Below, one piece after another: positions 35,751 through 45,090 of a stretch of 64,000 nt of DNA. Source of the stretch: a phage; the NCBI GenBank assembly GCA_028030915.1, contig GCA_028030915.1_4867.1. One strand, 5' to 3'. Position 1 is the first letter of the stretch. Every line of letters begins with the position of its first letter. The notes beneath the pieces are model-generated. The model was not told the DNA's origin. It did not search any database and worked only from the letters and a program-made list of their open reading frames with translations. The translations under genes were made by a program, and so were the position numbers.

Positions 35751-37247
35751 TTATTGGAATCCATCCAACTCACCGTTAGTATCGCCCAGAGTAATTTTTG
35801 AAGGTTGGGCGATTTGGTCAGTCGTGAGAATAATCGGTCTAATCTTAACGCTAGCCATGCCTGTTACCGCGACGGAATATGCACGTTCATCATTGTCCGT
35901 CGTGGCAAGCAGAGGACGTGGTGAGTCTGATGACGCTTCCCGTACCCAGGCAGGGGTGGCAGTTTCGGTGTTGTCGGTGTTGAAAACTAACGGACGTGGA
36001 TTCGCTGCGGCGGAGGTTTCCGTAATAGGCACCACACGAAGAGATTCATTTTGGTCGATGTCCGTCAGAGTAACCACGGACGGTGCCCATGTTAATTCTG
36101 CACCTTCGTCAATCAACGGCACAGGTTCATTGGCAACATCAAACATCTCCAAGATTGGCCAAAAGCCAGAAGAGGTGTAGATGTAGGTGTATGAACGATA
36201 GCTCCCACTGATAGACTGGTAATACGCTTGGTCGGCACCGAACTGGTGTCGTAACCACACGTAATCCAGGAAGTTAGCATCAGTCGTGCTAAGAGTTCCC
36301 CACTCCCCATATACGTTCACCGACCCCAATTTGCTGGTCAGTGACAGGATAGAGGTGATTGACGGCGGTTTACTCCAATCAGGCGCGGCGGCGTTCTCGG
36401 TGTAATACGGGATAGACATTCTGAAATAATGCGTTCCTTCATCATCCCGTTTTACCATGTATTTCAACTGTTCAACATCGACAGGTGTGTAAGTCGACTT
36501 CGGGCGAGGTCCTGCGTCTCCGGAATCAAATATTGCACCCTTGTTGTACAGGTCTGCCCAGGTAACGTTGCAAATCGCACGGGTCGGAACAAACACTACC
36601 GCCCCATTCAGAAAGAATTTGAGCCACTTGATAGCGTAGCGGTTAGGCCAGTTGGTGCCGTTATAGAGGGCATACACCATTTCATCAGATGTGAATAACT
36701 CTTCCGCGCTTACCAGCCCAAAGAATCCGTATAACTCATTACCGGCCATTAATCCTTTTGGCCCAGGGCCCGACTTCGGATACATCGCAATCGGTTCGTA
36801 AACATAGGTCATCTTGCATGACCCGGTATAACACAAGGAGTTAGCGTGCGCCGTCAGAGTTACAGTTTCCGGCGTAGCGTATTTCATTAATGCAACGTTT
36901 GGACTGGTGATGTCACTCGCGGTTAAGTTCAACCCGTTCAATTCATTGAACGCCGGTAACGCTTCCGCATGGGTTTGTGCGCTACGTGGAATACTCACCA
37001 TATTCGGGCCAGACTTAAATAGACTGGCCAGATTCAACCGGTCGTAATATACCGTTATTTCCCCAGCAAATCCTTTACCGGGTTTTCCTACCAACGTAAT
37101 CTGAGTGTTTCGTCCGTTAACGTTTTTCGCAACAGGAACACCCCTGACCCCAATGGAGTCAGGGGTGATTTTTCCTGCTAAACCGGGATTGTCACGCACA
37201 ATTTGTTGGCAGAGCAGTTCCATTGAAGGTTCTGTATACAACCCCAT
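35751..37247 (-). CDS. module protein A2, 498 aa, C-terminal NGELDGF tag
   Basis: MGLYTEPSMELLCQQIVRDNPGLAGKIT...ITVYYDRLNLASLF; xPRPL repeats; ends ...GDTNGELDGFQ. Confidence 0.65.
   Translation of the reverse strand: MGLYTEPSMELLCQQIVRDNPGLAGKITPDSIGVRGVPVAKNVNGRNTQITLVGKPGKGFAGEITVYYDRLNLASLFKSGPNMVSIPRSAQTHAEALPAFNELNGLNLTASDITSPNVALMKYATPETVTLTAHANSLCYTGSCKMTYVYEPIAMYPKSGPGPKGLMAGNELYGFFGLVSAEELFTSDEMVYALYNGTNWPNRYAIKWLKFFLNGAVVFVPTRAICNVTWADLYNKGAIFDSGDAGPRPKSTYTPVDVEQLKYMVKRDDEGTHYFRMSIPYYTENAAAPDWSKPPSITSILSLTSKLGSVNVYGEWGTLSTTDANFLDYVWLRHQFGADQAYYQSISGSYRSYTYIYTSSGFWPILEMFDVANEPVPLIDEGAELTWAPSVVTLTDIDQNESLRVVPITETSAAANPRPLVFNTDNTETATPAWVREASSDSPRPLLATTDNDERAYSVAVTGMASVKIRPIILTTDQIAQPSKITLGDTNGELDGFQ
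37015..37247. repeat. nucleotide-level repeat (A2 5' region) shared with A3
   Basis: see 33605..33838. Confidence 0.6.
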
Positions 37248-37260
37248 GGTATTTACTCCA

Positions 37261-38184
37261 TTACGGTAAGACTAATTCAAAAGCAAAGAATATCGTGGCC
37301 GAGTTCCCGACACCTGCGGTGTTACTAATCCCCATAGGCACGGTGCCATACGCATAAGCGAATATGTTGTTGCTCCACAAAGGAGCTAATACAGCGGCAC
37401 CTGACTCATTCGGCTGCGCAGTCGCGCCTTGTCTTTCAAGTGAGTCAATCGCACCAAGACCGAGGGCTGCGTACTGTGCACCGACAGGATACAAACGGCC
37501 CATTGTGTTTCGCCATTCACCGTTGTTGTAATCCTGTCCTGAGAGTGCCGCGTCGTACGGGACTGCGTAAGGTAATCGGATACGGTACGTACGACCATCC
37601 TTCGTGACCTTACAATCTTGTTTAGTCGCCGTGGCTCCCTGCGGAACAATACTTCCGACATCATCGGTCCCGTACATCATGCCGTACTGATACGCCATTT
37701 GTACCGAGTTGCTTTTCGAATGCATCGTCGCTGGGAAGAAGACAATTCGCCCACGGAAAATAAACTTGTGCCATTCCTGAGGGTCGTAAGTAAACATGTT
37801 TCCCTGCTGCGCGGTTAACATGAGTTTTAACTCGGCAGTATTAAAGAACTCGGTATTAGATACCGTACCGAAATAGCCTGACGCCCAATCGCCACGCAAA
37901 ATAGTTTGTGGCCCCGGTCCAGTGTCCGGATAGAACCCTTGCGTAATCGGATTGCCGATAAGTCGTTCATTATCTTTCACAGCAGCTACCCAGTAACGAT
38001 AAGTTGTATTCTTCGTCAGGGTATCGATATTATCTACGAACTCTACCGCGCTACCGGATAAGGTGGCGTGGGGTGTGCCTGGGTTGTAAACGTCGATTGT
38101 TGCGTTCCATCCTTCCTTGCGGTAGATTTCAATCGCGGTAAGACCTTTGCTGGCTTGGGACGGCCAGCTTAACCGTATAGTCAT
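37261..38184 (-). CDS. module protein C1, 307 aa
   Basis: MTIRLSWPSQ...IEIYRKEG...YRYWVAAVKD; TGPGPQTILRGDWASGYFGTVSNTEFF. Confidence 0.65.
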   Translation of the reverse strand: MTIRLSWPSQASKGLTAIEIYRKEGWNATIDVYNPGTPHATLSGSAVEFVDNIDTLTKNTTYRYWVAAVKDNERLIGNPITQGFYPDTGPGPQTILRGDWASGYFGTVSNTEFFNTAELKLMLTAQQGNMFTYDPQEWHKFIFRGRIVFFPATMHSKSNSVQMAYQYGMMYGTDDVGSIVPQGATATKQDCKVTKDGRTYRIRLPYAVPYDAALSGQDYNNGEWRNTMGRLYPVGAQYAALGLGAIDSLERQGATAQPNESGAAVLAPLWSNNIFAYAYGTVPMGISNTAGVGNSATIFFAFELVLP

Positions 38185-38193
38185 GACTGCCCC

Positions 38194-39192
38194 TTACTCG
38201 ACCAGTTCAAAGATAGGGTAGTAGCGCCCTTTCGTGGTGGGTGATAAATAGTTTATACGCTGAATCGTGGATACGGGTGTTCCACCGGCATTGTTAAAAA
38301 TACCACGATGGAGCACACGGTCTTCCGCGGTGTCGTGTTCCATACAGAGAACACCACCGCCGAAATACTGTGCCAAGGTTCCCAAAGTACCCTGCCCCAG
38401 AAAAGTATAACTGTTCGTTGCCCAGTTAGCCCAACGCTGTTTCCACGGCACCTCGTTAACCATCGTGTAAAGTAAATCGTTATACTCACACGGGTTGGTT
38501 AGAGAAGCGATTTCATCGTGGGTTTTCCCATTGTAGTCAGCTACGAAAGGATACGCAGGAGACTCGCTAGACGTCGTCAGGCCGCGAGGAAGACGCATAA
38601 TGTACGTATCCCCTTTGTGGACTATCTTAGCGTCTTGTGGAGTGGCTGGTAGCGTTCCATGGCCGTTCTCTGGGCCAGCATCGCCTGTACCATAGACTAA
38701 ACCAGCTTGATAGAGGGAAGCCCAGTCCACAGGCGTATTCGGGAACTGCGACGTGCTAGATAGCATGTAATAGATCTTCCCGTTTCGGGTAAATTTATAC
38801 AACGCCACACGATCGGTTAGTAGGTTAGGGAACATCGCCAAAAATGCAGGTGGCATTTGCGACGGAAGCCACTGTTCGTCGTAAGGAACCGCACCCATAA
38901 ACCCTAAACGGTCGTCACCGTTTAGAATAGTCATTGGACCGATCCCACGCTTTATCTCAATGGTGTATTTCTGGCTAGACGATGCCACTGTTTTACCGTT
39001 GGCGGTTACCGTCAGAAGGTAATAATAGGTTGCGCCTGGTGTGGCGGTGGTATCACGCCATTCTGTCTCGCCATTTGAGAGCGTTGCAATCGGTTCAGGC
39101 AAAGCGCTTGGTGTGATATCTTTAACATCACGGTAGATTTTTACTACCGTAGGGATTACGTTTGGATTTTTCCAACGCAAAGTAAAAGACAT
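38194..39192 (-). CDS. module protein B1, 332 aa
   Basis: MSFTLRWKNPNVIPTVVKIYRD...YYYLLTVTANG. Confidence 0.65.
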   Translation of the reverse strand: MSFTLRWKNPNVIPTVVKIYRDVKDITPSALPEPIATLSNGETEWRDTTATPGATYYYLLTVTANGKTVASSSQKYTIEIKRGIGPMTILNGDDRLGFMGAVPYDEQWLPSQMPPAFLAMFPNLLTDRVALYKFTRNGKIYYMLSSTSQFPNTPVDWASLYQAGLVYGTGDAGPENGHGTLPATPQDAKIVHKGDTYIMRLPRGLTTSSESPAYPFVADYNGKTHDEIASLTNPCEYNDLLYTMVNEVPWKQRWANWATNSYTFLGQGTLGTLAQYFGGGVLCMEHDTAEDRVLHRGIFNNAGGTPVSTIQRINYLSPTTKGRYYPIFELVE

Positions 39193-39203
39193 AGATGATA
39201 CCT

Positions 39204-40616
39204 CTACTTAAAGCCGTCCAGTTCACCGTTAAGAGACGTTAACGTTGTCTTGTCAGGGGGCGTATACATTTCAGCGGCGGCTGCAATAGGTTGGAAGTCG
39301 ACTGTCTTCGGCAGCATTAAAGCAGGCGGATGCAGTGCGAAACTGTTTTCTGAAGTAACAACTACCGGTTCGAAATCGGTAGTATCCGGATTACCGAGCA
39401 CTAACGGCTTGAGACTAAATGTGTTTTCTGCGGACACGCTGCACGGTTGGAGACTGTAATCTACCGCACCATGGATATCTTCTAAACCCAAGGTAACTGT
39501 GGACTTATCCACCAACTCCAGCACCGGGAACCAGTAGTAGTTGCCCGCACTCGATGATTTTTCTAAGTTTGTCCAACTGGCTCCAGACAACGTCGCCATG
39601 CGATGATTGGCGACGTTGGTGTTCAGTGTATCTTTCAATAAACAGAACAGCGACCAGTAACTGTTAATCGGTTTGTCCCACGTTCCATTATACAGAAAGT
39701 TGAACATCTCAAACTCACTACCTGCTAACTCAGCGGCAGTTGGGGTGCCGCTGACATATGGGTCCTTCCCAGCACTAGGTAGACGAACGCGGAAGTAAAA
39801 CCTTTTATTGTCTGCGCCTGTAAAGCTAATGATGCGTCCCTGGTTAACGGGCGTCGCCGCAGGGTATTTACCATTATCGTCTGTTCCGTAAACGAGTCCG
39901 TTTGTATATAACGTATTCCAGGAGATGGAGCCAGCGACAGGACTGATCGGGAGGTAAATAACCCTACCCTGGTAAAAGAACTTGTACCAACCTTCGGCAC
40001 CAGAATGTACCGGTGGTAACGCACCGGCCGATATAGTGGCATTAAGAAGTTGAGAGTGTGTAAACAACTCTGCAGTTCTGGTTGTTCCGAAATAACCCGC
40101 GATAGTGTTACCTTGCAGCAACGTTTTAGGGCCAGGTCCAGAATCGGGGTAAATTGCACCACTCGGGACGGTATAACGTATCGTTAAGCTGCCTGTAAAC
40201 GCAGGGCAATTGCCTGAGATATTTAATTTCAACGTCTGCGGCGAAACGCTCGGTTTAGGTAAACTTGCGTCAGGTGACTGCAAATCAGAAGCAACTAATG
40301 TAAGCCCCAATGCGTCGTTTATTGCAGGTAGCGCGTCTCGTACCGTTAAGACTGTATCTTTGATAGCCACAGTCGGCACAAAATTAAATAAAGTGGCCAG
40401 GTTAATCCGGTCGTAGTACACGGTAACATTACCTTGTACACCTGTCCCTGGATACCCGGTGAAAACAGCTTTGGTGTTACGTTGGTTTAACGTAACTGAG
40501 GTTGGGCCACCGGTTAAAGCAGCGATAGCCGGCGTCAACTTAACAACTAAATCAGGGTTATCCCGATTGACTTGGTCGTATACAAGCAGTGCCGACTCCT
40601 TCGAGTAAAATAGCAT
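39204..40616 (-). CDS. module protein A1, 470 aa, C-terminal NGELDGF tag
   Basis: MLFYSKESALLVYDQVNRDNPDL...NVTVYYDRINLATLF; YPDSGPGPKTLLQGNTIAGYFGTTRTAELF; ends ...TSLNGELDGFK. Confidence 0.65.
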   Translation of the reverse strand: MLFYSKESALLVYDQVNRDNPDLVVKLTPAIAALTGGPTSVTLNQRNTKAVFTGYPGTGVQGNVTVYYDRINLATLFNFVPTVAIKDTVLTVRDALPAINDALGLTLVASDLQSPDASLPKPSVSPQTLKLNISGNCPAFTGSLTIRYTVPSGAIYPDSGPGPKTLLQGNTIAGYFGTTRTAELFTHSQLLNATISAGALPPVHSGAEGWYKFFYQGRVIYLPISPVAGSISWNTLYTNGLVYGTDDNGKYPAATPVNQGRIISFTGADNKRFYFRVRLPSAGKDPYVSGTPTAAELAGSEFEMFNFLYNGTWDKPINSYWSLFCLLKDTLNTNVANHRMATLSGASWTNLEKSSSAGNYYWFPVLELVDKSTVTLGLEDIHGAVDYSLQPCSVSAENTFSLKPLVLGNPDTTDFEPVVVTSENSFALHPPALMLPKTVDFQPIAAAAEMYTPPDKTTLTSLNGELDGFK

Positions 40617-40630
40617 AGGGACTCCGCATC

Positions 40631-40660
40631 GCCAAAAGATGGGGCTCCGAAGAGCCCCTA
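40631..40660 (-). terminator. hairpin with short T-run (weak terminator)
   Basis: - strand ggggctcttcggagcccc followed by atctttt; between 40664..41494 and A1. Confidence 0.4.
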
Positions 40661-40663
40661 CAC

Positions 40664-41494
40664 TTAGCTGTTATAGTGGTAGTACGCCACACCTTTCACG
40701 CCGTCTTCATCAATACCCGTTTGGATAACCACACGGTCGTACGATTTGTTAGCGAACTGAGCGGTGGATGTCGGCACATCCTGAACGGTGTTACTGTTCA
40801 GTGGCCCCGCGTAGTTCGGAATACCCAGGTCATCCAACACCTTACGCAAACCAGCCCACTGCGGTAGGCCAGAAGCATCTACTGCCAGTAGGTTTTTATA
40901 CGCGGTAAAGTCAATACCGTACGTCAACAGGTCGATGCACTTCTTACCGAGAGACGGTGAAATAGGCTCTTGAATCGCATTCAAGACATCCGATTTCACC
41001 GAAGTGTCTAGTACCGGTAAACCACGGTTATAACGCAACGTCGCAGAACCGATATAAGCCGGAGATGTCGATAGCGCTGCAATGGTCTGTGTATTGGTGT
41101 AATTTGGGGTATTGGCACCAAACAGTGAGTAGTTTTGGATATCGATTGCGGAGAAGTTTACTCCGTAGGTATCCAAGAGCACCGAAAAGGCTGAGTGGAG
41201 GTTGGGTGCGTCAAACGTGACGAACTGCGCCTGGACGGAAGGCCCCCACGGCAATAACCGCGCTAAGTTCACACGGTCGTAGTAAACGGTGATTGCGTCT
41301 CGAAATCCAGAACCCTGAATACCGCGCAAGCGTGCCGACGTATTGCGGTTGTTGGAAGCTGCATTAACGGGAACCTGTGTCACTTTCTCCACGTAGCAGT
41401 TTGCCGGCGACGCTTTAATAGGCAGGTTTGGGTTATCCCGGTTAATGAGGTCAAAGACCAACTCGTTTGACGGCTTAGCATAGTTGATCATCAA
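40664..41494 (-). CDS. paralog-family protein (about 280-aa class), 276 aa
   Basis: N-terminal family domain (...LINRDNPNL...ITVYYDRVNLARLL); C-terminus ...AYYHYNS. Confidence 0.6.
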   Translation of the reverse strand: MMINYAKPSNELVFDLINRDNPNLPIKASPANCYVEKVTQVPVNAASNNRNTSARLRGIQGSGFRDAITVYYDRVNLARLLPWGPSVQAQFVTFDAPNLHSAFSVLLDTYGVNFSAIDIQNYSLFGANTPNYTNTQTIAALSTSPAYIGSATLRYNRGLPVLDTSVKSDVLNAIQEPISPSLGKKCIDLLTYGIDFTAYKNLLAVDASGLPQWAGLRKVLDDLGIPNYAGPLNSNTVQDVPTSTAQFANKSYDRVVIQTGIDEDGVKGVAYYHYNS

Positions 41495-42382
41495 TTATAC
41501 CTCGCTTGGATCGTCCAGATCGTTGAACTGGAGATACAACGTTCCGACGATGGTGGTACAGGTAACAGGCAGTTTCAACACCAGCGCATACTTGTACTTC
41601 GCGTTTGTCGGCATTGCAACAGGGTCATTCAGACCAACGCTGATAACCTCCGCGCCCGCCAAACCGTAGGAAGCGGAGGTGGTCGCTACCCATGCAGTAC
41701 CCGTAATATCTTTCAGCAGGTTAACCATATCCGTCAACGGCTGTCCGGACAGAATACCCGGCTTGTATGCCAGCAACTCATCACGGTATTTGGTGAAGTT
41801 GTACGGGTAGGAATAAACCTCTGCAATGACCGCAGTAACATTTTCGGAACCCATCTGACCGTTCGGGTATTTCAGACCGGTCAGGACGTTAGTGGTGACT
41901 GCAGAGACTAACGACTCATCGCCTTTCACGACTTTAAATGTCGCCTGTCCAACCCAACCGATAGACTCAGGATGTGCAACAACACGCACAGTTCCTTCAG
42001 TCTTATCACCGTTCCATTCGATATCTGCGTCCTGCAGGTCAGCTTCTTCCAGAACAAAACCGTAACGTTGGTTCAGTCCAGGAATGGCCGCATACAAGGT
42101 TTCGTTGGATGGGCCGATCGCCAACGTGTCACCAATCAGCACTAACAAGTCTTCGACTTTCATGCGGTTGTAGAAGACATTTTTCTTACCCGACCAGGTA
42201 GAGCCCGTTACTCCATCTGCCGTAATTTTAATTTGCGTGTTACGGTTAGTCAGCGTTTCCTTCTCCGTACCACGAATGTCCTTTGGCGTGGACCAGATGA
42301 TATCAGTCATCTTAACAGCAAGCGAGTTCTGTGCGTTCACTGCTGCCAACAGGACGTCTTTAGAAGGTTGATAAATAGCCAT
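41495..42382 (-). CDS. paralog-family protein, 295 aa
   Basis: MAIYQPSKDVLLAAVNAQNS...NVFYNRMKVEDLL; C-terminus ...LYLQFNDLDDPSEV. Confidence 0.6.
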   Translation of the reverse strand: MAIYQPSKDVLLAAVNAQNSLAVKMTDIIWSTPKDIRGTEKETLTNRNTQIKITADGVTGSTWSGKKNVFYNRMKVEDLLVLIGDTLAIGPSNETLYAAIPGLNQRYGFVLEEADLQDADIEWNGDKTEGTVRVVAHPESIGWVGQATFKVVKGDESLVSAVTTNVLTGLKYPNGQMGSENVTAVIAEVYSYPYNFTKYRDELLAYKPGILSGQPLTDMVNLLKDITGTAWVATTSASYGLAGAEVISVGLNDPVAMPTNAKYKYALVLKLPVTCTTIVGTLYLQFNDLDDPSEV

Positions 42383-42392
42383 TCGCTAATTC

Positions 42393-43232
42393 CTAGTTGT
42401 TGTAGTGCAACATACACTCGCCGATTACTTTCGGGTCGTTCTGAATGCCGGTAATCAGCAATACGTTATCGTACGCTTTATTGGCGGTCGCCAACTCACT
42501 CGTTTTGTAGCGGGTAATTGTGCAGTTCGTCGGATCAAACGACGGTACCCCACGTGCGACCAATGTGGCCATCAGATTGGACGTGTAACCCAAATCAAAG
42601 TTACTTCCTACGTCCATTCGCCCGTTCTTAAACGAGGCCATAACCTGCACTTCATCAGTAAAGTCTTCCCCGTACGTCAAGAAGCCCATGTATTTCTTAC
42701 CAGTGCTTGCTGCTGCAGGGTGGTTCAAAGCCGACAAGATGTCGTTTACCACGAGGTCTTCGAGGCTATTCTTACCCCGGATAGACATAAAGGTGATGCT
42801 GCCAGTGTATTGGATACAGCTAGCGTTAATGCGCATCGTGTTGTTTACGTTCAGATAAACGTATTGTTCTGGGATATCATCTGCGACCAGGTTTAACCCA
42901 TAACGACCGTTCAGGTTCTGCGCAAACGCAGTACGTTTCGACTCCACGTTCAACCAACCGTAGGCATTCGGTGCAGTTACCTGAGGTGTCATGTTCTTAA
43001 ATAAGTCGTTCAGCGACAAGCGCTTATAACGGAACGTCTGAGGACCGATATAGCCACGACCTTGACGACCACGAATGATAATCTCAGTATTGGCACCGCT
43101 TGCTGTCGGTGTGATTGCTTTCGGCGTACCGATGATAGCATTGTCTAAACCCATCGGTAGAACAGCATCCGGGTTTTCGGCATTAATCGCATCGTACAGA
43201 TATTGTCGCTGAGACAGACTATATAAAGCCAT
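42393..43232 (-). CDS. paralog-family protein, about 279 aa
   Basis: start refined to ATG 43232 (gaggagg SD; listed start is TTG 43250); ...DAINAENPDA...TFRYKRLSLNDLF; C-terminus ...MLHYNN. Confidence 0.6.
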   Translation of the reverse strand: MALYSLSQRQYLYDAINAENPDAVLPMGLDNAIIGTPKAITPTASGANTEIIIRGRQGRGYIGPQTFRYKRLSLNDLFKNMTPQVTAPNAYGWLNVESKRTAFAQNLNGRYGLNLVADDIPEQYVYLNVNNTMRINASCIQYTGSITFMSIRGKNSLEDLVVNDILSALNHPAAASTGKKYMGFLTYGEDFTDEVQVMASFKNGRMDVGSNFDLGYTSNLMATLVARGVPSFDPTNCTITRYKTSELATANKAYDNVLLITGIQNDPKVIGECMLHYNN

Positions 43233-43251
43233 AATAGCCTCCTCGGCCAAA

Positions 43252-43290
43252 AAAGAAAGGAGTAGCCAGGAGGAGGATTTCCTCCTCCCA
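43252..43290 (-). terminator. hairpin-type terminator between paralogs
   Basis: - strand ggaggagga-aat-cctcctcc followed by T-rich ctcctttcttttttgg. Confidence 0.45.
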
Positions 43291-43301
43291 GCGAGGCCTA
43301 A

Positions 43302-44213
43302 TTAGGCATTAAAATGCAGGTACATGACGCCCTGGAAGTTGGTGCACAGAGTGTCATCCAGCTGCAGCAGCAGAACCTGGTTGTAAGCAGTGTTTGCACC
43401 TTCAACCGGTTTCTTAGGATCGTCGCCTGAAGCAGTGCCATCGTCAGTAGTAGAACCAACGTACAACACGTTAGCACCTTTCAGGTTATAATCCGCAGGC
43501 TCATCAGATGCAACCCACAGTTCCGGCACAACTTTATTCAGCTCAACCGGGAATGCAGAGTCGCCAGCGATAACACCTTTCGCCTGTACTTTCAGGAATG
43601 CTGCGATTGCTGTGCAGTCTACACCGTAAGAGTAGATGTAGCCCTGACCCTTCGCTTCGCTTGGACCATCTGGGTAAACCAGGCCGTCGAGCTTGGTTTG
43701 TGTTACCACCAGACTCAGACGTTCACCAACCTGAGGCTTAGCACCGATTTTAACCGGGATGCTGCCCAGATATGCGTAGCAGTCTTCTTTGAAGGTAATG
43801 ACATGGTCAACCGGTGCTGGGTCCGGATCGTTCGGGTTAGTCAGCGGCGGGTTGGTATTTTCCGGAATAGCCGCCGGAACGATATCGTCTTCGGTCAGCT
43901 TCAATCCGTATTGGTTGTTCAGGGTCGTCAGCAGGTCTGTGGTGGTTTTCGGCAGTTTAACGTCGAGGTATGCTGTTACGTTACGGAACAGCGCACCGCC
44001 TTCCAGGCGATTATAAGTCACGTCCTGAGTACCGATGTACCCGGAGTTCTTTTTCGCAGTCAGGGTCATGCTGGTATTGCGATCGGCACCTTCGTCGACA
44101 ATAGGGGTCGGTGTGCCGAGCGTTATTTTAGAAAGTTCCAGTTCTGCGTCTGGGTTTTTCTCATTAATAAAATCCAGAACCAGCTGATCGGACGTTTTGT
44201 TTAAAGGTTTCAT
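43302..44213 (-). CDS. paralog-family protein, 303 aa
   Basis: ...LDFINEKNPDAEL...DVTYNRLEGGALF; C-terminus ...MYLHFNA. Confidence 0.6.
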   Translation of the reverse strand: MKPLNKTSDQLVLDFINEKNPDAELELSKITLGTPTPIVDEGADRNTSMTLTAKKNSGYIGTQDVTYNRLEGGALFRNVTAYLDVKLPKTTTDLLTTLNNQYGLKLTEDDIVPAAIPENTNPPLTNPNDPDPAPVDHVITFKEDCYAYLGSIPVKIGAKPQVGERLSLVVTQTKLDGLVYPDGPSEAKGQGYIYSYGVDCTAIAAFLKVQAKGVIAGDSAFPVELNKVVPELWVASDEPADYNLKGANVLYVGSTTDDGTASGDDPKKPVEGANTAYNQVLLLQLDDTLCTNFQGVMYLHFNA

Positions 44214-44234
44214 TCTTACTTCCTTTACTCAGGA

Positions 44235-45080
44235 TTAATCAGGGTCGTTGTAGTGCAAATACAAACGCCCGCCAAAATTCAGACAGTACAACGACAGCTC
44301 CACAATCAGCACGTTGTCGACTGCTGGGTTGGTTGGTAATTCCGCTTTGTTACGCCCGTTATAGACGACGACGGCTTCACGAAGGTTAAAGTCGATTGGG
44401 TTACGGTACGTTGTCCAGTTATCACCGGTGACCGTTTTGAGAATCTGTGCCAGACGTTCTGCGGTTATCGCAGCACCTAGTCGTTGAAATTCCTCCGCGA
44501 AATTATCAAAGCGCCAGGGATACGAATAAACTGCACCTTGACCGACCTTGATGTTAAAATACGGATACTCGTAAGGTGTTACTGTTAAGGGTTCGAAGTT
44601 TGCAGGAAGCAACGCATCGCCTGGTAACAGCTGTACCTGTTGTTGCCCTATCCAACCTAAAGAAGTGGGCGTGGCAATCAGATCCACACGCCATGTCTTC
44701 CTGTCGATTTCGGTATTCACCACATCTGCGGGTTTAAGGCTGAGACCGTAATACTGGTTAATTAACCCGACCACGTCATGCATCTGGTAAACAGCATCGA
44801 GACGTGCAGGAACACGTAAAGGTTGAATCCCGTCTGGGTCGGTAAACATGTCTGCGAAGTCAACACGATCGTAATACACGGTAGTGGCACCGATAGCATT
44901 AGCGGTGGCCAATGCCTGAATGCGCACCATCGCGTTATGACCATTGGCTTTTGCCAGGTCTTCGTCAGACGTCGGAATCGCAGGGACACCGAAAACCACA
45001 TCTTCGACTTTTAAATCGAGATTGTTTTCGACGTTAACCTCCGCGATAATAATCTTTTCAGCAGTGGCTAAAAGTGGCAT
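44235..45080 (-). CDS. paralog-family protein, 281 aa
   Basis: ...TTVYYDRVDFADMF; C-terminus ...LYLHYNDPD. Confidence 0.6.
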   Translation of the reverse strand: MPLLATAEKIIIAEVNVENNLDLKVEDVVFGVPAIPTSDEDLAKANGHNAMVRIQALATANAIGATTVYYDRVDFADMFTDPDGIQPLRVPARLDAVYQMHDVVGLINQYYGLSLKPADVVNTEIDRKTWRVDLIATPTSLGWIGQQQVQLLPGDALLPANFEPLTVTPYEYPYFNIKVGQGAVYSYPWRFDNFAEEFQRLGAAITAERLAQILKTVTGDNWTTYRNPIDFNLREAVVVYNGRNKAELPTNPAVDNVLIVELSLYCLNFGGRLYLHYNDPD

Positions 45081-45090
45081 GTCAAAATCC

